Both the position numbers and the translations under genes were made by a program. DNA of 64,000 nucleotides from positions 1,856,001-1,920,000 of the forward strand of contig OZ245006.1 of the NCBI GenBank assembly GCA_965223545.1, read 5' to 3'. Positions 39,693 through 50,014 of the stretch are shown here, in pieces. This DNA is from Planctomycetota bacterium (GTDB taxonomy: Bacteria; Planctomycetota; UBA1135; UBA2386). Every line of letters begins with the position of its first letter. Position 1 is the stretch's first letter. Below the pieces are notes generated by a model, which was not told the DNA's origin, did not search any database, and saw nothing but the letters and a program-made list of their open reading frames with translations.

Positions 39693-41539
39693 GCGATACT
39701 CCCGCGACTCCGACCGGCCAGGCGCCGGCGGGCCTGGTGCTCGGCATCGACCTCGGCACCACGAACAGCTTGGCCGCGGTGATGACGGCGGACGGGCCGC
39801 GCGTGCTGCGCGATGCGCAGGGCGAGGCGTTGATCCCATCGGTGGTGACCTATCTCGAGGGCGGCGGCCACGTGGTGGGCCGCGAGGCGCGCGCCCTGAC
39901 TTTGGAGCTGCCGGCGCGCACGGTGTCCTCGGTCAAGCGACTGATCGGCCGCGCCGGCGACGAGGTCGACGATGAGGCGCGCCACCTCGCCTACCCGGTG
40001 CGGCAGGGCGAGCGCGGCCTGGCGCGCATCGTCATCGATGATCGAGAGATCTCACCCGAAGAGGTCTCGGCGCTGGTGCTGCAGAAGGTGCGCGCCGTCG
40101 CCGAGGCGGCCCTCGACCAGCCGATCCGCGGTGCGGTCATCACCGTGCCGGCATACTTCGACGACGCGCAGCGGCAGGCGACCAAGGACGCGGCGGCGCT
40201 GGCCGGCATCGAGTGCCTGCGCATCGTCAACGAGCCCACCGCGGCTGCCCTCGGCTACGGCCTCGGCGGCCGGCACGAGGGCACCGTGATGGTCTACGAC
40301 TTGGGCGGCGGCACCTTCGACGTCACCGTCCTCAAGATCCAGAACTGCGTGTTCCAGGTGCTGGCGACGGCGGGCGACACCCACCTCGGCGGCGACGACT
40401 TCGACCGGTTGTTGGTGGAACGGATTCTCGACGTGCTGCGCCAGAACGACGCCGACGCCGACACGCTGTCGCCTTACGTGCGCCAGGCCGTGCACCGCTC
40501 GGCCGAGCAGCTGAAGATGCGGCTGTCGACGGAAGACAGCGCCGCGCTGCAACTCGACCTCGGCGACGGGCGGCAGACCGAGCTCGTCGTCACCCGCGCC
40601 GAATTCGAGGCGGCGATCGCCCCGCTGGTCGACAAGACCCTGCAGAGCTGCCGGCGCGCGATGGCGGACGCCGGCCTCGAGTTCTCGCAGCTCGACGACG
40701 TGGTGCTGGTCGGTGGTTCGACTCGGGTACCGATGGTGCGCGCCGCCCTCGCCGAGCTGACCGACAAACAGCCGCACACCGAGATCGATCCCGACCAGGC
40801 AGTCGCGTTCGGCGCCGCGGTGCAGGCCGACGTGCTCTCGGGCGGGTCCAAGGCGGTGCTGCTGCTCGACGTCATTCCGTTGTCGCTCGGCATCGAGACC
40901 ATGGGCGGCGTGGTCAGCAAGCTGATCCTGCGTAACTCGACGATCCCGACCGCCGTCACCGAGGAGTTTTCGACGCAGGTCGACAACCAGACCGGGGTCG
41001 ACATCAACATCTACCAGGGCGAGCGCGAGAAGGTCGAGGACTGCCGCAAGCTCGGCGCCTTCAAGCTCACCGGCATTCCGCCGGCGCCGGCGGGACTGCC
41101 CCGCGTCGCAGTGACCTTCATGGTCGATGCCGACGGCGTGCTGCGCGTCAACGCCACCGAGCAGCGCAGTGGTGCCGCGGCCAGCATCAGCGTGCTGCCG
41201 TCGTTCGGGCTGACGCGCGACGAAGTGCGCCGCATGATGCACGAGTCGATCGAGCACGCCGGCGAGGACATGGCGGCGCGCGAGGCGGCCGAGCTGCGCA
41301 ACAAGGCGACCGCGATGGTGCGCGGCACCAGGAAGGCGCTCGAGCTGTCCGATCTACCGCCTGACCAGACCTACTCGGTCAAGAGGGCCGTGCGCGCCAC
41401 GCAGAAAGCCCTCGACGACGGCGACGACGACGCTCTGCGCCAGCACGTCGACACCCTGTCCAAGCTCACCGCGCAGATCGCCGACGACGTCGTCAGCTCG
41501 GCGGTGACCAAGTCCCTGTTGGGCCCGGAAACCCAGTAG
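39689..41539 (+). CDS. hscA: Fe-S chaperone HscA (Hsp70)
   Basis: [40 protein letters not shown]; position between hscB and fdx. Confidence 0.93.
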   Translation: MSDTPATPTGQAPAGLVLGIDLGTTNSLAAVMTADGPRVLRDAQGEALIPSVVTYLEGGGHVVGREARALTLELPARTVSSVKRLIGRAGDEVDDEARHLAYPVRQGERGLARIVIDDREISPEEVSALVLQKVRAVAEAALDQPIRGAVITVPAYFDDAQRQATKDAAALAGIECLRIVNEPTAAALGYGLGGRHEGTVMVYDLGGGTFDVTVLKIQNCVFQVLATAGDTHLGGDDFDRLLVERILDVLRQNDADADTLSPYVRQAVHRSAEQLKMRLSTEDSAALQLDLGDGRQTELVVTRAEFEAAIAPLVDKTLQSCRRAMADAGLEFSQLDDVVLVGGSTRVPMVRAALAELTDKQPHTEIDPDQAVAFGAAVQADVLSGGSKAVLLLDVIPLSLGIETMGGVVSKLILRNSTIPTAVTEEFSTQVDNQTGVDINIYQGEREKVEDCRKLGAFKLTGIPPAPAGLPRVAVTFMVDADGVLRVNATEQRSGAAASISVLPSFGLTRDEVRRMMHESIEHAGEDMAAREAAELRNKATAMVRGTRKALELSDLPPDQTYSVKRAVRATQKALDDGDDDALRQHVDTLSKLTAQIADDVVSSAVTKSLLGPETQ

Positions 41540-41545
41540 ACAACG

Positions 41546-41884
41546 ATGACCGACCCCACGGTGAAGATCACGTTCGACGGTCGCGAGATCGAGGCCCGGC
41601 TCGGGCAATCGATGCTCGAGCTCGCCGGCGAGCACGGCATCGACCTCGACCACGCCTGTGGCGGGGTGTGCGCGTGCTCGACGTGCCACGTCAAGATCGT
41701 CGCCGGCGCGGACGCGTTCAACGAAGCCTCCGAAGACGAGGAGGACCAGCTCGACGAAGCGCGCGGCGTCGACCTGACCAGCCGGCTCGGCTGCCAAGCA
41801 CGGCTCGAGCGGGTGCCGCGGGAAGGACGGATCGCGGTCGAGATCCCGGCGTGGAACGTCAATCTCGTCAAGGAAGGCCACTGA
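41546..41884 (+). CDS. fdx: ISC 2Fe-2S ferredoxin
   Basis: HACGGVCACSTCHV, SRLGCQ. Confidence 0.95.
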   Translation: MTDPTVKITFDGREIEARLGQSMLELAGEHGIDLDHACGGVCACSTCHVKIVAGADAFNEASEDEEDQLDEARGVDLTSRLGCQARLERVPREGRIAVEIPAWNVNLVKEGH

Positions 41885-43296
41885 CGAAGAGTCGGAGCCT
41901 GGCTCCGTACTTTCACTCCGTCGCGATTGGCGTCGCAGCGGTCGCGGTGTACCTGGTGAACTTGCAGCCGGTGCTGCACAGCGATGGGCCCCGGCTGCTG
42001 GCTGGGGATGGTGCGCCGGGGGCCGTGCATCTGCTGTATGCGCCGGGGCTCGCGCTTTGGCGCTCGGTGTGGGAGCCGCTGGGGGTCTCGGGGTTGGCCG
42101 CGGCCGCGTCGTTGAGCGCGGTGTGTGCAGGGATCGGGGTCGGGTGTCTGTACGGCGCCACGCGGTGGCTCGCGGCAACCGCGGTCGCGGGCTGGACGGC
42201 AGCGCTCGCCGCCTCGTGCCCGGCGGTGTTCTTCTTCGCGACGACGGTCGAGATTCACGCGATGTTCTTCGCCACCTGCGGGCTCGTCGCAGTGGCCACG
42301 GCCGCGCTGTGCTCGCGGCCGGGCGCGCGGGCCGCGCTGCTGGCCGGTGCCGCCTGCGGGTTGTCGTATCTCGTGCACCGCACCGGGGCGTTGCTGCCGC
42401 TGTTGCCCATCGCGCTGCTGGCGGCGCGTGGCACGACAGCGCCCAAGCAGCTGGCGGTTCTGACCACCGTGCTCCTCGCCGCCCACGGGCTGATCGCGAT
42501 GGCCGGGAGCGCGCTGCTGGCACCGTCCCAGCCCGACCTCGCCGCCGACCTCCTGCTACGCAATGCGCGCGCCAGTCTGGCCAACTGGCCGGAGCTCGTA
42601 GGGGTGCTGGCGCGCGAATGGGTGTGGGCCTATCTGCCACTCTCGCTGGCGTTCGTCGCGGGATGGTGGACCGGACAGCGCCGCTTGGTCCTCGCGGTCG
42701 CGGTCGTGGCGGTGCCGTACGCGGTGCTGACGTTCTTGCTGTTGGCGTTCGAGACGCCGACCGGCACGCCGGCCCACGAGAAGGGCGCCTACTTCTTGCC
42801 GTTGGTGTGGCCGTGCGCGTGGTTGGTCGCCCGAGCTTTGCCGCGGACCGCGCTCATCGGCTGCGTTCTGCTCGCGCTGGGCGTGGGCCAGCTGCAGATC
42901 CGCTGGGGCGTCGATCTTCGCCGCAACGTCGAGTTCGCCGCCGGCCTGCAGGAAGCGTTTCGCGATCGGCCGCCGTTGCTGATCATCGGCGACTGGCGCG
43001 ACTGGGAGGCCTGTCTGTTGACCGAGCCGTCACCGCCATGCGCATTCGTCACCGAGTCGTTCGTCGGCGTCGCAGACCTCGATTCCGCAATCCAGGTCGC
43101 GGAGCAGCGCCTGCTCGCCCTGCTCGACACCGGGCAGGCGATCGTCATCACCGAGCGCGCGTTGGCGATGCTGCATCGGGCAGCCGAGCGCGGAGTGCCG
43201 AACGCGGCGCGCTTCCGCACTTGGTTCGACGAGCGGTTCGCCCGCACGCCCATCGCCCATCGCGGTCTGCGGGGCGAGCGCCTGTCGGCGCGATGA
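41881..43296 (+). CDS. Multi-pass membrane protein, GT-C/PMT-like (start uncertain)
   Basis: HLLY, PAVFFFATTVEI, HEKGAYFLP; paralog of 21606-23024. Confidence 0.65.
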   Translation: MTKSRSLAPYFHSVAIGVAAVAVYLVNLQPVLHSDGPRLLAGDGAPGAVHLLYAPGLALWRSVWEPLGVSGLAAAASLSAVCAGIGVGCLYGATRWLAATAVAGWTAALAASCPAVFFFATTVEIHAMFFATCGLVAVATAALCSRPGARAALLAGAACGLSYLVHRTGALLPLLPIALLAARGTTAPKQLAVLTTVLLAAHGLIAMAGSALLAPSQPDLAADLLLRNARASLANWPELVGVLAREWVWAYLPLSLAFVAGWWTGQRRLVLAVAVVAVPYAVLTFLLLAFETPTGTPAHEKGAYFLPLVWPCAWLVARALPRTALIGCVLLALGVGQLQIRWGVDLRRNVEFAAGLQEAFRDRPPLLIIGDWRDWEACLLTEPSPPCAFVTESFVGVADLDSAIQVAEQRLLALLDTGQAIVITERALAMLHRAAERGVPNAARFRTWFDERFARTPIAHRGLRGERLSAR

Positions 43297-43334
43297 CGCA
43301 GCGAAAGAACTGGTCTCGGCTGCGCGCGGTGCAG

Positions 43335-44498
43335 TCAGAACGTAACCTGCTCGAAGATTGGGCGGGACAGGAGCGCCTGGCTGGCCCACACGGTGGCGAC
43401 TTGCGCGGCGAACTCGACGCCGAGCACTGCGGTCTGCGTCGGCACCGGGAACGACACCGGCGTCTGGCTGCCGAGGGCGACACAGCTGTAGACGCCGTTG
43501 GGGTCGATGCAGAGCCAGCCGGCGCCGGCGAACGGCTGCGGCGCGGCCGGATCGCCGACCACCAGCGCCGAGGCCGACCCGAACACCGGCACGAACTGCA
43601 GCGACCACATCTGGCCGAGCCGCGGCGGCGCCGTCGCACTGATCGAGAACCCCAACGAGTCGACGCTGTTGGCGATGACCGGTTGCCCGTCGGGTTGCTG
43701 GCCCCAGCTGACTCCCAACACGAACACGCGGCCGCCGCGGCCGGGGACCTCGGTGGTGTCGGCGTGCCAGTACTCGTCGGCGACGACCGCGTCGCCTCCG
43801 TAGCTCATCGTTCCCCACGCGCAGGGGCACGCGGTCGGCTGCACGGGTGAGATCAAGAAGCTGTCCCCGCCGTCACCGGCGGTCAGCGTGCTGCCGACCG
43901 CGACCACCGAAGCACCCGGAGCATCGATGGCGGCTCCTCCCTGGGGCGTCGGGGTCTGTGTGCCATCGGAATCGGATGCCGTGCCGTCCACTACGCAATC
44001 GCTGAGCACGATGAGCGGCGCGCCCGTCGGCACGTGGATGCCCGGAGCGCTGACCAGGATGCCAGTGAGCACACCCGTGTAGACGTGCCCCGTGATCGAG
44101 CTACGGTACACGCGCAGCTCGGCCAACCCGGTCGCGCTGATACCCGCGCCGGGCGTGCAGGTGGGCCAGGTCGCGGTACCGCCGATCGTCAGCCCGCTGA
44201 TCGACACTCGGTCCGCACCGCCGCCGCGAATCGTGATCGCCGGCGGCTGAGTGCAGCCGCCATTCGGCGCCGAGGCGATGGTCGCGCCCTGGTCACCGAT
44301 CAGCGTGATCGACTTCGTAATGACGACCGCGCCGTGCGAGCCGCCGGCGATGCCAAGCCGAGCACCGGAGTTGGCGGCATCGATCGCGGCCTGCAGCGCG
44401 GTGTACTGAGCGCCGGTGTCGAGGTTGGTGATCGACTGCGCGGCGGTGGATCCGGCGAGGGCCAATCCCAAGACCGGCAAGAGAGTGCGATGGTGCAT
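43335..44498 (-). CDS. Secreted beta-helix-like protein with shared C-terminal domain
   Basis: CAGGAG RBS, signal peptide, YTALQAAIDAA..G...ITKSITLIG. Confidence 0.8.
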   Translation of the reverse strand: MHHRTLLPVLGLALAGSTAAQSITNLDTGAQYTALQAAIDAANSGARLGIAGGSHGAVVITKSITLIGDQGATIASAPNGGCTQPPAITIRGGGADRVSISGLTIGGTATWPTCTPGAGISATGLAELRVYRSSITGHVYTGVLTGILVSAPGIHVPTGAPLIVLSDCVVDGTASDSDGTQTPTPQGGAAIDAPGASVVAVGSTLTAGDGGDSFLISPVQPTACPCAWGTMSYGGDAVVADEYWHADTTEVPGRGGRVFVLGVSWGQQPDGQPVIANSVDSLGFSISATAPPRLGQMWSLQFVPVFGSASALVVGDPAAPQPFAGAGWLCIDPNGVYSCVALGSQTPVSFPVPTQTAVLGVEFAAQVATVWASQALLSRPIFEQVTF

Positions 44499-44670
44499 GT
44501 TGGACTCCTGCTTGGGGCTCCCGAAGACGGACCAGCATAGCGAAGCGCGCACCGCGCGGGCGGCACCGTGGCACGGGTCGGGCGCAGCGCGCTCTCGATC
44601 GTTACGCCAGATCCCGCCGGGCGATCGAGAAACCCGCGTAACGGCCGGACCGCGCGCACCACCCCCGAGC

Positions 44671-45318
44671 ATGGTCGATGCTGCCGATGGCGTCCGAGAT
44701 CCCGCCGAAGACTCCGATCTGATGCGCGCACGGCGCGGCGATGCCGCGGCGCTGGACCGCCTGCTCCGGCGCCTGCGCCCGTGGCTCGCGGCGGCCGCCC
44801 ACCGACGGCTCGGCGCGCGCCTGGCCGCGCGCGTACATACGTCCGACATCCTGCAATCGACCCTGCTCGAGCTGGTCGAGTCACTGCGCGCGTTCCGCGG
44901 TCGCACGGTCCACCAGCTGAACGCGTGGGCGGCGCAGATGCTGGAGAACAACCTGCGCGATGCCCACCGCCACTACCATGCAGGCAAGCGCGGCGCGTCC
45001 AAGCTCGTCCCGCTGGACCCGAGTCTCTGCGGCGAATCGACGGTGACCCCGAGCCGCGAAGCAATCGCCCGTGAGCAGCTGCTGCTGGTCGGCGAGGCGA
45101 TGGCCCACCTGAGTCCCGACCAGCGTCACGTGCTGATCCTGCGCATGCAACCGAACTTCACGCACGATCGCGCCGCGCACGTGCTCGACCGCTCGACAGG
45201 AGCCTGCCGTATCCTGTTAGCGCGCGCCCGGGCGCGGCTGACGATCGAGCTGGCCCGCCTGTGCGCCGCCGGGGGTGAGTCCGTCACAAAAAGTGACGGT
45301 GGGGAGAATTCCGCGTAA
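44671..45318 (+). CDS. ECF sigma factor (TIGR02984-like)
   Basis: RARRGDAAALDRL, HTSDILQST, FRG..LNAW, TPSR, LSPDQRHVLILR. Confidence 0.88.
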   Translation: MVDAADGVRDPAEDSDLMRARRGDAAALDRLLRRLRPWLAAAAHRRLGARLAARVHTSDILQSTLLELVESLRAFRGRTVHQLNAWAAQMLENNLRDAHRHYHAGKRGASKLVPLDPSLCGESTVTPSREAIAREQLLLVGEAMAHLSPDQRHVLILRMQPNFTHDRAAHVLDRSTGACRILLARARARLTIELARLCAAGGESVTKSDGGENSA

Positions 45319-45389
45319 CGTGTCGGAATGTCGCGCAACCACCGGACAAAGGTGGTGCCCGACCAGCGGGCCCCCGAGGAGATTCACCA

Positions 45390-46607
45390 ATGCACACTCA
45401 TTCCCTCGCGATCGTCGTTCTCGCCTCCGCGACCCTGATCCCGGCTCAAACCCCGCCCGTGCTGTCGGGCCCCTTGGTGCTCGACTGGCGCGCCCCCTCC
45501 CAGACGACTTTCATCCCAGCCGCGACAGTCGACTCGACGTTCTACGACTTTCTAGAGTTCCAAGTCTCCGGCGACCCCGACGTGGTCGGCTCATACGTGC
45601 TGTTGGGGTACCGCTTGACGTGCTCGCAAGCCTGGTTCGACGCGGCCCCCCCGCCGCCGTGGAACGACACGACGGCCCTGGGCCACCACCCCCCGATCGG
45701 GGTGAAAGCCGCCGGCGCAAACCGCATTCCCGCTTGGGATCCCACCGACATGATGCCTCCCTGCATCCTGCCGCAGAGCCAGTTGGACGCGATCTTCGAT
45801 GCCGTGAGCGCCGGCCACGCAAGCAACCCGGCAGTCGTCAACGACACCTGCCAGCCGATTCTCCAACAGCAGAACTCACCGGCGACCCGCTTGATCCGCG
45901 GCGACTACCCACACTGGAATAGCGCAACAAAGGATCGCTGGGCATCCGTCGCAATGGGTTTCGACGGAGTCCAGATGACGATGCCTGCCCTACTCAAGCT
46001 CGCGTTGTTAGAGCAGATCCAGGAAGTCGACCCAACTATGACCGCCACCCAGGTCAACGCTTTCACGGACTCCCTATTCTGGAGGAACCACGCCGCCGGC
46101 AACATCTACATCGACATACAAGCGTTGCAGTTCTGGGGCGATGGAATTGACGCATCTAGGATCGGGTTCCCCTCGAATGACACAGACCCACCACCGGGAG
46201 CGGCAGGCACGACCTTGACCGTCGGCACATCAAACGACCGTCGATATACGTGGACCGGGACTTCAGGGGGCAAGCCCCCGTACTACATCCCGATGCCGTG
46301 GATGAACCCGATTGCCAAGGCATTGGCGCCGTGGCCAAACCAGGGCAACAGTTACGCGCCGGGAAGTCCCTTCTACACCGAAATCATCGGGCTAGAGCAC
46401 GAGACGACTGCTGTCGTCGAGTTCAACAACAACCCGAACACTCGAGTGGAGTGCGACATGTTCCCCGGCAGTGGACTGCACGGCGCTGGGTTGATGCTGC
46501 CTTCCTGGGCACTGTCGGGGTGGCAATTCGCGATCGTCGGCTACTACAAAGGGCTCGACTTCACCGCGGTGCCACCGAACTTTCGGGACTGGGGTTTCAT
46601 CCAATGA
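45390..46607 (+). CDS. Secreted orphan protein
   Basis: GAGGAG RBS, signal peptide ending IPA-Q; no family recognised. Confidence 0.75.
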   Translation: MHTHSLAIVVLASATLIPAQTPPVLSGPLVLDWRAPSQTTFIPAATVDSTFYDFLEFQVSGDPDVVGSYVLLGYRLTCSQAWFDAAPPPPWNDTTALGHHPPIGVKAAGANRIPAWDPTDMMPPCILPQSQLDAIFDAVSAGHASNPAVVNDTCQPILQQQNSPATRLIRGDYPHWNSATKDRWASVAMGFDGVQMTMPALLKLALLEQIQEVDPTMTATQVNAFTDSLFWRNHAAGNIYIDIQALQFWGDGIDASRIGFPSNDTDPPPGAAGTTLTVGTSNDRRYTWTGTSGGKPPYYIPMPWMNPIAKALAPWPNQGNSYAPGSPFYTEIIGLEHETTAVVEFNNNPNTRVECDMFPGSGLHGAGLMLPSWALSGWQFAIVGYYKGLDFTAVPPNFRDWGFIQ

Positions 46608-46614
46608 AGCGGGG

Positions 46615-49338
46615 TCAGCGGCCATAGTTCCGAACTTGCAACTCCTGGAGCTCGGCCAGCTGGCGCTGCCAATTGGCCTGCTCGGGACCTGGCCCGCTGC
46701 GCTCGACCAGGAACCGCAGAGCAGTCTCTGCACCACTCCAGTCCTCGAGCTCGCGCATGACCTCCAACGCCGCCACGAGCACGCGAGTAGCCGTCTCAGG
46801 AGCGAGGGAGCCTGACGGTCTACACAGCGGCACCAGAATCCGCAGATGGTCGCGGGCCCGCAGCGCAGCGTTGCGCGCCATCGGCTCGTTGAGCCTGCTC
46901 GGATCGCGGCCGAGATCGCGGATCTGAAGCAAGAGCTCGACCAAGTGCCGGCGCGCGTCGACGACCATCGGGGCCCACTCGATCGAAGTCTCGAACCAGC
47001 GCATCGCAGCCGCAGGCTCCCCGCGGGCAGCCGCGACCTGCGCCAACCGCCGCGCCACCTTCGCGCGTGCACGCCGATAACGCATCGAGTCGAGCAGTGC
47101 AATGCCCTCGTTGACGAGCTCATCCCAGGCTGCTGGTCGGTGCCCACGCAGTGCTCCGAGCACCCGAAGCTCGTAGGCATCGGCCGCCGCACCGTCACGC
47201 ACCCAGAACTGCCGTGTATCGCGCTCGACTTGCTCGAGCATCGCCAGCACACGCGGGACATCGCCGGTCGCCACTAGCACGTGGTGCGCCTCTGCCCAGC
47301 GCAACGCCGGACCGTCCGCCCCCGTACTCCGGTGGGCGGCCAGGCGCGAACCAAACGCCGCATCGTCACCAGCGCGGTGCGCGATTTCGAGATCCAGAAC
47401 GCGCTCAACGATCGACCACCTGTGCAGAGGGATCGCGTCCAGCGTCGCCTTGGCCCTAGCGAAGTCGCCCGCCCACATCTCTGCGCGGGCAAGGTTGCGA
47501 CGCACGTGCCGCGACTGCGGCGCGCGCGCCACCAGGTCGCGCAACCGCGCGCGCGCACGCGCGGGCTCACCCGCATCCAACTCCAACACCGCCTCGAGCA
47601 AGTGCGCGCGCCGCCTCGGAGCGCCTGACGCCAAAGTAGCCGGAGCGAGCGCACGCGCGGTCTCCGACCAGCTCCGCGGGATTGCCCGCATCGCCGCCGC
47701 CGCGACGACGTGGTCGTCGGGATGCCCCGCTTCGACTCCGAGGACGTCACGGCGCTGGCCATCGAAGAGCTCGGCCAACGCCTGCGCGGCCGGTGACGAA
47801 CCAGCCTCCCCGAGCTCGACGGCAGCCAAGTGCGCCTTGGCGTCCTCGACGCGGTCGGTAGCCCAACACGCCAGCGCCAACGCGAGTCGCGCGCGGTGTG
47901 GGTGGCGCTCCAACACCGCCGGGCGCTCGACGGCGGCGATGCCGCGCTGCAGGACCTCGGCATCCGCGGCACCGGTGGCGTGGATCGCTTCGTCGAGCAG
48001 CGTGCGCAGCGCGACGTCGGCGTCGACCGTCGCCGCGAGATGTAGGATGCGCGGGTCGTCGGGCGCGAGCGCGACCAAGTCGGCCAGGCGCGCGACCGCC
48101 TCGTCGATCTCCCCTCTCGACAGCGCGCTCTCGATGCGCGCGCTGCCCCGACGCACTTCGCCATCCAGCTGTACGCCGCGGACTGCAGCCAATCCACCGG
48201 CGATCCCGAGCACTGCCACGGCAGCCACGGCAGCCGCAGTGGTCCGCGGGTGACGGAAGCACCGCCTCCACATCCGCGCAACCACCGACACCGGCCGCAC
48301 ACCGAGGGGCTCGCCGGCGAGGTAGCGCCGCAGCTCGTCGCGGAGCTGGCCCGCGCTCGAGAACCGATGCCGCAGGTCTTTCTCCAGCGCCTTCGCGATC
48401 ACCGTGCCGAGGTCGCGCTCCCCGGGCGGCAGCCGGAGCGGCGGGGGATCTTCCAACATGATCTTGGCCACCATGCGCTGCGGTTCGTCGGAGTCGACGA
48501 CCGGCCGTCCCGCTGCCAGCTCGTAGAGCGTCGCGCCGACCGCGTACACGTCCATCCGCGGCTCGGGGCGCACGTGCGCGCCCGCCAGCACCTCCGGCGC
48601 GAGATAGGCCAGCGTGCCGGGGACCGTTCCCGCCCGCGTCACGGTGGCGTCGTCGACCGCCCGCGCCAGACCGAAATCGACCAGCACCGGCACGTTCCCG
48701 TCCATCAGGATGTTGGCTGGCTTGACGTCGCGGTGTACCACGCCGCAACGATGCGCGGCATCGAGAGCGTCGGCGATGGCAACGCCGATGCGCGCCACTT
48801 CGCGCGGCGCCAGCGGCAACTCCGCGCGATCGAGCGGCGGGCCGCTGAGCCGTTTCATCGCCAAGAAGGCAAAGCCCTGCTCCGCACCCGTCGCGTAGAC
48901 CGGCACCACGTTCGGATGCTCGATGGCCGCCGCGAGCTCAGCTTCGCGGCGAAACCGCAGCATCGCGCGCTCGTCCGTCCAGCGATCGGCGTCGATGAGC
49001 TTGAGCGCGACCTCCCGCCCGAGCGAGAGCTGCCGCGCCGAGTAGACCACCCCCATCCCGCCCCGGCCGAGGGGGAATAGGAGCTCGAAATCGTCGATCC
49101 GGTCGAACGGCGGCGGCAGCGCTTTCGCCCCCGCCCTCGCCGCGCGCGGCGGCGTTACCGAGGCAATCGTGGGCGCGTGCTCCTCGATCGCTGCCAGAGC
49201 GCGCGCCCGCAGCACCTCGTCGCCCGGACAAAGAGCGGCGAGGTCGATCTCTTCGCCCCGCTCCTGCGCCAAGAACCACTCGGTCAGCACATCCAACAGC
49301 CGGGTGTCGCCACCGTCGATTCGGGTCGGCTCACTCAT
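46615..49338 (-). CDS. Ser/Thr kinase with TM and TPR-like helical region
   Basis: GRGGMGVVY, VALK, HRDVKPAN, DFG, YLAPE. Confidence 0.92.
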   Translation of the reverse strand: MSEPTRIDGGDTRLLDVLTEWFLAQERGEEIDLAALCPGDEVLRARALAAIEEHAPTIASVTPPRAARAGAKALPPPFDRIDDFELLFPLGRGGMGVVYSARQLSLGREVALKLIDADRWTDERAMLRFRREAELAAAIEHPNVVPVYATGAEQGFAFLAMKRLSGPPLDRAELPLAPREVARIGVAIADALDAAHRCGVVHRDVKPANILMDGNVPVLVDFGLARAVDDATVTRAGTVPGTLAYLAPEVLAGAHVRPEPRMDVYAVGATLYELAAGRPVVDSDEPQRMVAKIMLEDPPPLRLPPGERDLGTVIAKALEKDLRHRFSSAGQLRDELRRYLAGEPLGVRPVSVVARMWRRCFRHPRTTAAAVAAVAVLGIAGGLAAVRGVQLDGEVRRGSARIESALSRGEIDEAVARLADLVALAPDDPRILHLAATVDADVALRTLLDEAIHATGAADAEVLQRGIAAVERPAVLERHPHRARLALALACWATDRVEDAKAHLAAVELGEAGSSPAAQALAELFDGQRRDVLGVEAGHPDDHVVAAAAMRAIPRSWSETARALAPATLASGAPRRRAHLLEAVLELDAGEPARARARLRDLVARAPQSRHVRRNLARAEMWAGDFARAKATLDAIPLHRWSIVERVLDLEIAHRAGDDAAFGSRLAAHRSTGADGPALRWAEAHHVLVATGDVPRVLAMLEQVERDTRQFWVRDGAAADAYELRVLGALRGHRPAAWDELVNEGIALLDSMRYRRARAKVARRLAQVAAARGEPAAAMRWFETSIEWAPMVVDARRHLVELLLQIRDLGRDPSRLNEPMARNAALRARDHLRILVPLCRPSGSLAPETATRVLVAALEVMRELEDWSGAETALRFLVERSGPGPEQANWQRQLAELQELQVRNYGR

Positions 49339-49909
49339 CGTCCGACCGCGGCTTGCCGAGCTCGATCACGAGCGCCGCGCGGGCACGCGCCAGCAGCACA
49401 CGGCACGCACCCGCCGACCGGCCCATCACCGCGCCCGACTGCGCGTGGGTTTGTTCGGGATCCATGTGCAACGTGAGAATGCGCACGTGGTCCGGGGACA
49501 AGCGCGCCATGGCGCGGGCGACCAGCACCAGCTCCTCGGCGGCGGCGACCTCCGAGCTGGGCGTCGCTTGTGCCGCCGACACGGCGCCCGGGTCGGCGGC
49601 TTCCTCGCGGCGCGCATCCCTGCGCCCGGCGAGCACCCGCCGCCACCGCTGGCGCACCGTGCGTTCGAGAATCCGGAACACCCAGGCGGCGAACTCGCCT
49701 TCGCTCTTGCCGCGAAAACTCGGCAGCGAGGACAACACCTGCAGGTAGGTCGACTGCAGGATGTCCGACGAATCGGCGTGCGGCCGCATCACCGGTCCGA
49801 TCTCGCGGCGCACTGCACTCTGCAGCGGTCGGCGGATGCGCGCCAGGAGTTGCTCGAGCGCGGCGCGGTCTCCGCTGCGCGCGCGCTCCAACGCGTCGCC
49901 CGCACTCAC
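49331..49909 (-). CDS. ECF sigma factor (TIGR02984-like), paralog of 44671-45318
   Basis: DSSDILQST, FRG..EFAAW, TPSS, GACRVLLARARAALVIEL; overlaps kinase start. Confidence 0.88.
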   Translation of the reverse strand: MSAGDALERARSGDRAALEQLLARIRRPLQSAVRREIGPVMRPHADSSDILQSTYLQVLSSLPSFRGKSEGEFAAWVFRILERTVRQRWRRVLAGRRDARREEAADPGAVSAAQATPSSEVAAAEELVLVARAMARLSPDHVRILTLHMDPEQTHAQSGAVMGRSAGACRVLLARARAALVIELGKPRSDDE

Positions 49910-50014
49910 CGCGCAGTCCTTCGCGCACAGCCACGGCGCGGTGGCTCGGTCGACACGGACGAGAACGGCATCGGTCCATTGTAACGCGTTCCCGACCGTG
50001 CCGAACCGTGGCTG

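Noticed and set aside
49978..49986. TGTAACG as a sixth ECF motif
   Set aside because: Wrong orientation for gene 49909; better read as a TACAAT -10 on the minus strand
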